From the NCBI GenBank assembly GCA_049521775.1, contig JBEKOL010000010.1, forward strand, positions 9,628-73,627: 64,000 nucleotides of DNA, in the 5' to 3' direction. Below the pieces are notes generated by a model that was not told where the DNA came from, ran no database searches, and saw nothing but the letters and a program-made list of their open reading frames with translations. A program made the position numbers and the translations under genes. Source of the DNA: Syntrophales bacterium (GTDB lineage: Bacteria; Desulfobacterota; Syntrophia; Syntrophales; UBA2185). Shown here piece by piece: positions 58,686 through 64,000 of the stretch; positions within the stretch are counted from its first letter, which is position 1, and every line of letters begins with the position of its first letter.

Positions 58686-59726
58686 TTATAAAGCTTTCTG
58701 GGATCCGATGATAACTTCGACCATCGACATCTTGAAATGCCAGATCGTCTTAATCATCTCGAAACGACCGATTCTTCGTTTACGCATCAATAAAAAACGT
58801 TTCCGCAATATTGACGGCATCCCGTAAGCAGCGGATAGATACGCCTTCACGATGGTCGCCACCACCTGAAAAAAATCTGATTGCCCCGTAAAGCTGCTCA
58901 GATCACCGGAACGACTTAAAATGGCATAAGTCTGGACGATGTATCGCCATACCGTCGCAAAGGGGAGCAATGGTAAAAGAAGGAATGGAAAATTCTTGGC
59001 TGCCACCCACAAATGATTTCGTTCCACCCAGAATACCTTCTGAAGACTGTATTTTCCGGCTGTCATGGAATAATTATGGGTAACCTGTGCATCAGGCACC
59101 ACGACTGTTTTAAATCCGGCCCATCGCAGGCGCAATCCGAGATCCGTGTCTTCACAATACGCGAAAAACGATTCATCGAAAAGACCGACGGCTTTTAACG
59201 CGTCGGCCCGGAAAAGGCAAGCGCAACCGCTCGGGACAAGAACTTCTTTTGGCGCCTTCGACTGAGGCGGCGCCTGGCCTCTCATCAACTGTCGGGACAT
59301 TCCATCCAGAGCCATCCCGACACCGCACGAATCCAGCACGTCGGGCTTGTTGCCATCAATAATGATGGAGGCTATCGCGCCCGTCTTCCGATCCTTTTCA
59401 GCTACCTCCACCAATGCACCTACCCATTGAGGCGAAGCGACGGCGTCATTGTTGATGATCGCAACATATTTTCCATGAGCAGCTTCAATACCTCTGTTGT
59501 AGCCACCGGCAAACCCATGATTGCTCTTCAGTCGAATGAAGCGGGCCTGAGGAAATGCTTCCGCCACCATTCCCCGAATGTCTTCCTGCGACCCGTTATC
59601 GACAACGATTATTTCCTTCGACTGATAGTCCTGACTGAACAGGCTCTCAAGGCAGCGACGGGTAATGTCGAGGCCGTTAAGGCAAACCACAACAACAGAC
59701 ACCAGTGGCGGATTTCCATTCGTCAT
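58686..59726 (-). CDS. GT2 glycosyltransferase
   Basis: VVDNGS, GFAGGYNRG, INND, EDTDLG. Confidence 0.9.
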   Translation of the reverse strand: MTNGNPPLVSVVVVCLNGLDITRRCLESLFSQDYQSKEIIVVDNGSQEDIRGMVAEAFPQARFIRLKSNHGFAGGYNRGIEAAHGKYVAIINNDAVASPQWVGALVEVAEKDRKTGAIASIIIDGNKPDVLDSCGVGMALDGMSRQLMRGQAPPQSKAPKEVLVPSGCACLFRADALKAVGLFDESFFAYCEDTDLGLRLRWAGFKTVVVPDAQVTHNYSMTAGKYSLQKVFWVERNHLWVAAKNFPFLLLPLLPFATVWRYIVQTYAILSRSGDLSSFTGQSDFFQVVATIVKAYLSAAYGMPSILRKRFLLMRKRRIGRFEMIKTIWHFKMSMVEVIIGSQKAL

Positions 59727-59805
59727 GTTACTTTGCTGAACTGGACAGAATCACAGATTTCATATGAACTTCAAATCTGTTATGCATAGCTGCAATTTTC
59801 CCATC

Positions 59806-61224
59806 TCATTTTATGACAACTTTTAGCAATGCAATAAACCCTTTCAACATGTGTCCCAAAAGACGGGGATTAAAAACCACATCAATAAACTTTCTGATCA
59901 ACACTTTCGGCCTGAAGTAAAAAGCTTTCAATATTTCTGATCTGGCCTTTTCCATATCATCTCTGGTAAAACCATTGGGCACGAAAACGGTGGTTAAAGC
60001 ATTCATTTTACGCCAGTCCTTTTCAAACACGCCATGTTCGGATGCCCGGCGATAAACGGCCGTCCCCGGGAATGGGGTAAGCTGCATGACAGACACATCG
60101 TCCAGAGGCAGTCTCAGGGCAAGCGATTTCGTGAGCTTCAGTGAATCTATGGTTTCCCCCGGGAAGCCAACCATGAAAAACCCCTTGGTCTTAATTCCGG
60201 CTTCTCGACTCCAGCGAACAGCTTTTTCCATGCGGGCAAGATCTTCCCCTTTCTGCATGGCATCAAGTATCTTCTGATCGCCGCTTTCAATGCCATAGGA
60301 AATATGCCAGCAGCCTGCCCGCCTCATGAGTCTCAACATCTCCTGTGTTACGTGGTCGGCTCTTCCAAGACAGGACCATGTAATATCAATTTCTTCTGTG
60401 ATCAGTCTTTCACAAAATTCTCTAACCCACTTTCGAGAAATAACGAAGGTGTCATCTTCTATCAATATCTCCCTGACGCCAAAATTATTCACCAGATCCT
60501 TCAGCATATTGACTGCATAGGCGGGGCTGTGTGAACGAACCTTGTTCCCGAAAACAGAACGATCACAGAACTGGCATTGGTTAGGACATCCTCTTGTAAA
60601 AACAACAGAGGCGCACGGAAATCTATTCATCCTTGCAGGAGAAGGGTAGAAGTCCCCTGGAAATCCTCGGAAGAGCTTCCATGCCGGTAACGGCAGTTCA
60701 TCCAGATTATCAATAAAAGGCCGGCGCGGGTTCACAATGAAACTACCATCGCACCTCACGGCAATTCCTGCAAGTGATGTCGGTATTTCTCTCGTTTCAT
60801 TTATAGCTCTTAGCATCTCAGCGAACGTCATCTCCCCTTCACCAATAACCGCAATGTCAAAACCACTAAATTCGGATAATGTCTCTTCAGGAAGAGCAGT
60901 TACGTGACAACCGCCGATTACCGTAATTGTCCTGCCGTTAAACTCTTTGATGCGCTTTGCCAGTTCTCCGGAAGCGACAATACCGGCCGTGGTAGAGCTG
61001 ATACCAACCACATCGGGCATGTATTCTTTTATCTCTTCGACAGTCCTTTCAATAGAAAGATTTTCGGCAGCAGCATCAATAATCCTGACATCCGTTTTCT
61101 CCTGTTCAGCAATGGCGCCGAGACATGCCAAGGCATATGTAGGCTCGGTATTCCCGGCTCCGGAAAAACTGCCATATCTTTCCTGTAACGTTAGGGGAGA
61201 TGAAATGAGCGCAACGCGAAGCAT
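59806..61224 (-). CDS. B12-binding radical SAM protein
   Basis: N-terminal cobalamin-binding domain (GGCHVT, GEGE), TRGCPNQCQFC, GIESG, FFMVGFPGET. Confidence 0.92.
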   Translation of the reverse strand: MLRVALISSPLTLQERYGSFSGAGNTEPTYALACLGAIAEQEKTDVRIIDAAAENLSIERTVEEIKEYMPDVVGISSTTAGIVASGELAKRIKEFNGRTITVIGGCHVTALPEETLSEFSGFDIAVIGEGEMTFAEMLRAINETREIPTSLAGIAVRCDGSFIVNPRRPFIDNLDELPLPAWKLFRGFPGDFYPSPARMNRFPCASVVFTRGCPNQCQFCDRSVFGNKVRSHSPAYAVNMLKDLVNNFGVREILIEDDTFVISRKWVREFCERLITEEIDITWSCLGRADHVTQEMLRLMRRAGCWHISYGIESGDQKILDAMQKGEDLARMEKAVRWSREAGIKTKGFFMVGFPGETIDSLKLTKSLALRLPLDDVSVMQLTPFPGTAVYRRASEHGVFEKDWRKMNALTTVFVPNGFTRDDMEKARSEILKAFYFRPKVLIRKFIDVVFNPRLLGHMLKGFIALLKVVIK

Positions 61225-61226
61225 GA

Positions 61227-61559
61227 TTACTTTTCTTCCATACGTATTGCAATCTGCTGTGTAAGCCTTTTAATCTGGCGGCGCTGTAAGGAAATGACGA
61301 TAGAAAACTGAAGACACATTAAAAACAACACAAGTATGGAAAAAAGGAAAAGCGTGGTAATCGGCGAAACGGCGCCTATAAGTTTTGTAAACCGCAAAAG
61401 CCAGTTATACTTGACAACTATTAAGGGAGCCATGATGCCGACACCCAGCCAGAGCCAGCAATAAGAAATGTCAAGCCTGCCCTTCTGAATCAATCTGACA
61501 ATGAGCACCAGCAGCGCCAAACTTATTACCAGAGTCACGACATATTGTCTAAGTAGCAT
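61227..61559 (-). CDS. DUF2304-family membrane protein
   Basis: Three TM segments and C-terminal IKRLTQQIAI; directly follows a DPM1-like GT2, the usual context for this family. Confidence 0.8.
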   Translation of the reverse strand: MLLRQYVVTLVISLALLVLIVRLIQKGRLDISYCWLWLGVGIMAPLIVVKYNWLLRFTKLIGAVSPITTLFLFSILVLFLMCLQFSIVISLQRRQIKRLTQQIAIRMEEK

Positions 61560-62283
61560 ATTGCTTCCACCTCCTTCGACTTAAAACAACCATAATGATA
61601 GAAAGAATCATTTTGATAATATAATAGAGAGGTTTTAACCCTTCGTGCATGGATACACCACCGGACCTCTTCATCATGATGACCGGAAGCTCTTTTACAC
61701 GGAAACCAGCGTAATGAGCCATCAGTAAAACATCCGTATCGGGAAAGTCATGAGGGAAATTACCGCTTGCAAAAAGCTCAAAAACTCTTCTGTTCAAACA
61801 CTGAAATCCTGATGTCGGATCAGTAAGGTTATACCGTGTAATAGTGGAAAATATGGCGCCAAAAAACTTTTGACCCACCCTCCTTGTAAATAACGTTTTA
61901 TAATCAGTCTCAGAAGAAAGATACCTGCTTCCTATAGCAATGTCCGCCTCCCCGTTTGCAACAGGCAAAAAGATTTTGTGAATTTCGTCCGCAATATGCT
62001 GTCCGTCTCCGTCCATCTGTATGACAAATTCAAAACCGCTTCTTAAAGCATAAAAATAACCTGTCTCTAAACTGGCGCCATATCCTAAATTTATAGGATG
62101 GGAGATTACGGTAGCGCCTGCCGTTGTGGCCTCATGGCCCGTATCATCGGACGAACAATCATTGACCACAAGCGTTTTTGCAAATGGCATGACACGCATT
62201 ACTGATTGAACTATTTCACCTATCCGCCCAGCTTCGTTGTAGGCCGGTATCACTACCAGAACTTTTTGGTCATTTGTAGTCAT
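61549..62283 (-). CDS. DPM1-like GT2 (polyprenyl-phosphate glycosyltransferase)
   Basis: VIPAYNE, NLGYG, MDGDGQH, GSRY, DPTSGF. Confidence 0.88.
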   Translation of the reverse strand: MTTNDQKVLVVIPAYNEAGRIGEIVQSVMRVMPFAKTLVVNDCSSDDTGHEATTAGATVISHPINLGYGASLETGYFYALRSGFEFVIQMDGDGQHIADEIHKIFLPVANGEADIAIGSRYLSSETDYKTLFTRRVGQKFFGAIFSTITRYNLTDPTSGFQCLNRRVFELFASGNFPHDFPDTDVLLMAHYAGFRVKELPVIMMKRSGGVSMHEGLKPLYYIIKMILSIIMVVLSRRRWKQYAT

Positions 62284-63119
62284 AATGAAAAAACCTTCAT
62301 CCGAAATTGAGTTAATCCAAGAAGGACAGAATGTTTTACTAAAGAAAAAAGAATTAACAACGGGAGTATGAGAACAAGGCTTTTTTTGTATTTTAAAGCT
62401 TCAAAATACATTGATATTTCACCTAACCTCATACGGGTTCTCTTTGCGGTCAATCCTCCACCTGTAAAAGGTTCTTTCCCCAATTGCACTAATTTGAGCT
62501 TTGCATAATAAACATTATATATACGAGAGACCCGCAGTAAAAATTCGTGATCTTCGCAATATCTCAGATTGACATTAAACCTTTCTGAAATACTTTTCTT
62601 TAAAAAAATGGAAGGTGTTACAAAAGGATTTAGCAACAATATTGGATAAAAACTCTTTTTCACGATCCCGTAATTTACACCTGACAAAAATGCATCTATC
62701 TCTCCCATGCAACCATTTATATAAAAGTCATGGCCAAGAAGATCAATGAATGGATTCTCTTTAATAATATCATAGGAAATTTCCAATTTTCGCGGATGCC
62801 AAGCATCATCCGCATCTAAAAAGGCGACATAAGGTTGGGATGCTGCATCCCAACCAGTGTTTCTCGCAAAAGCGGGCCCCCTATTCTTATCAAAATTAAT
62901 AATATTAATTTTGATGATACGACCGAAGCGGTCCCTCAGTGAATTAAGCGCTGCAATCGTCTGGCCATTATCAGGGCTTGCGTCATCGATCAGAAAGAGT
63001 TCCACTGGTAATCTTGTTTGCCTGACAACCGACTCAACGGCAGACGCAATGGTTGGGCTGCACTTATAACAGGGAATGATGACGCTAACCGGCACATTCT
63101 TCTCACCGTCGCGTACCAT
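62280..63119 (-). CDS. GT2 glycosyltransferase
   Basis: VSVIIPCY, IDDAS, GPAFARN, FLDADD, ED. Confidence 0.9.
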   Translation of the reverse strand: MVRDGEKNVPVSVIIPCYKCSPTIASAVESVVRQTRLPVELFLIDDASPDNGQTIAALNSLRDRFGRIIKINIINFDKNRGPAFARNTGWDAASQPYVAFLDADDAWHPRKLEISYDIIKENPFIDLLGHDFYINGCMGEIDAFLSGVNYGIVKKSFYPILLLNPFVTPSIFLKKSISERFNVNLRYCEDHEFLLRVSRIYNVYYAKLKLVQLGKEPFTGGGLTAKRTRMRLGEISMYFEALKYKKSLVLILPLLILFSLVKHSVLLGLTQFRMKVFSL

Positions 63120-63122
63120 CTT

Positions 63123-64000
63123 TTAATCTTCCATTTCTTTGCGGATATCCGTAAACCCGAGCATTCCTTTAAGACATATCAAAATACCTTCAGCCCGCCC
63201 TAAAGCAAACTTTAATAATGACGGGTTTAAAGTTACAATTCCATAAACAAAGTTCGCAATTGCCGATGTCGTTAGCATCCATAAACATGCCAAACGGGAA
63301 AGCTCCGGATTAGACCTAACAAAATAAAATATTGCAAGCGCCCCTTTGCGGCCCTGATAGCGGTGCACAAAGTCAGGAGGTGCCTGGTCATAGACGTGCT
63401 CGTGATGTACTTTTGCACTGGCACAGACATATAGAGGATACTTTTTCCCAATGGGATAGCTGTATCTCACATCTTCGCCCCATGCCCAGCGGGTGTTCAG
63501 ATTCTCCTGAGGAAACTCATCAAGGATACTCCGCTTCCAGATTGTATAGCCGCCACCCAGAAATTGCGTACGAATATCATCGGGAATATTAAAATAATTC
63601 ATATTAACGCCAGAAAGAAGGATTTTCCCCGGCACCGGAGTACCCAACAACATTAGGGTCCGAAGAAGGGAGTGGCTGGGAGAGTTTATGTTGGTGATGT
63701 TAAAACCGACCCCAGCCGTATGTACATCTGCACGATTCCAGAAAGCGATCATATTTTCCAGCGCACCCTTTTCCAAAACCACATCATCGTCAAGAAATCC
63801 GACCAGCGGCGTGTTATTATCGAGTTGGGCGATTCCCACATTCCGCTGCCTGATCTGGCCTGGTGGGTTACATGCAAAATACTCGACAGGCAAACTGTCC
63901 CCAAAACTAAGGACAATATCTTTTACGCTCATGCCGCCATCTACGACAATAATTCTACCGCATCGTATCGATTGTCTCTTGGTACTTTCAAGTAATGTAT
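63123..64000 (-). CDS. GT2 glycosyltransferase, 5'-truncated by the window edge
   Basis: Frame is open to the window end (..RIIVVDGG..), QRNVG, FLDDD, GED. Confidence 0.85.
   Translation of the reverse strand, partial: TLLESTKRQSIRCGRIIVVDGGMSVKDIVLSFGDSLPVEYFACNPPGQIRQRNVGIAQLDNNTPLVGFLDDDVVLEKGALENMIAFWNRADVHTAGVGFNITNINSPSHSLLRTLMLLGTPVPGKILLSGVNMNYFNIPDDIRTQFLGGGYTIWKRSILDEFPQENLNTRWAWGEDVRYSYPIGKKYPLYVCASAKVHHEHVYDQAPPDFVHRYQGRKGALAIFYFVRSNPELSRLACLWMLTTSAIANFVYGIVTLNPSLLKFALGRAEGILICLKGMLGFTDIRKEMED

Overview
Bacterial envelope-biogenesis region; gene content and order are most consistent with a deltaproteobacterium (Syntrophales/Desulfobacterota-like, inferred). 172-19586 (+) is a core operon: lysS, lolC/E, lolD, bamA (with an extra N-terminal domain), skp, lpxD, lpxA, gnnA-like, gnnB-like, lpxB, msbA, lpxK, lpxL, waaF, gmhB, a second GT9, a PagL-like deacylase and a small Trm112/YcaR ORF missed by the ORF track. 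19718-64000 (-) is a >44 kb surface-glycan locus that runs off the window. It holds gmd/fcl, a CapD/PglF-type dehydratase, a WecA-type initiator, many GT2/GT4/GT9 enzymes, three SAM methyltransferases, Wzm/Wzt export, PAPS synthesis (cysD, cysNC), a B12 radical SAM enzyme and ElyC. A pstSCAB operon, interrupted by a 1032-aa repeat surface protein, is embedded in it, and an IS200/IS605 element (tnpA+tnpB) is inserted upstream of gmd. Best leads, all inferences: (1) an ABC-exported glycan that may be sulfate-capped and length-controlled by coiled-coil rulers, placed directly behind the phosphate-uptake operon; (2) a TnpB with an apparently rearranged RuvC-II site and a leaderless tnpA; (3) three genes whose reading frames appear to start at ATT; (4) GnnAB together with PagL in one lipid A operon.
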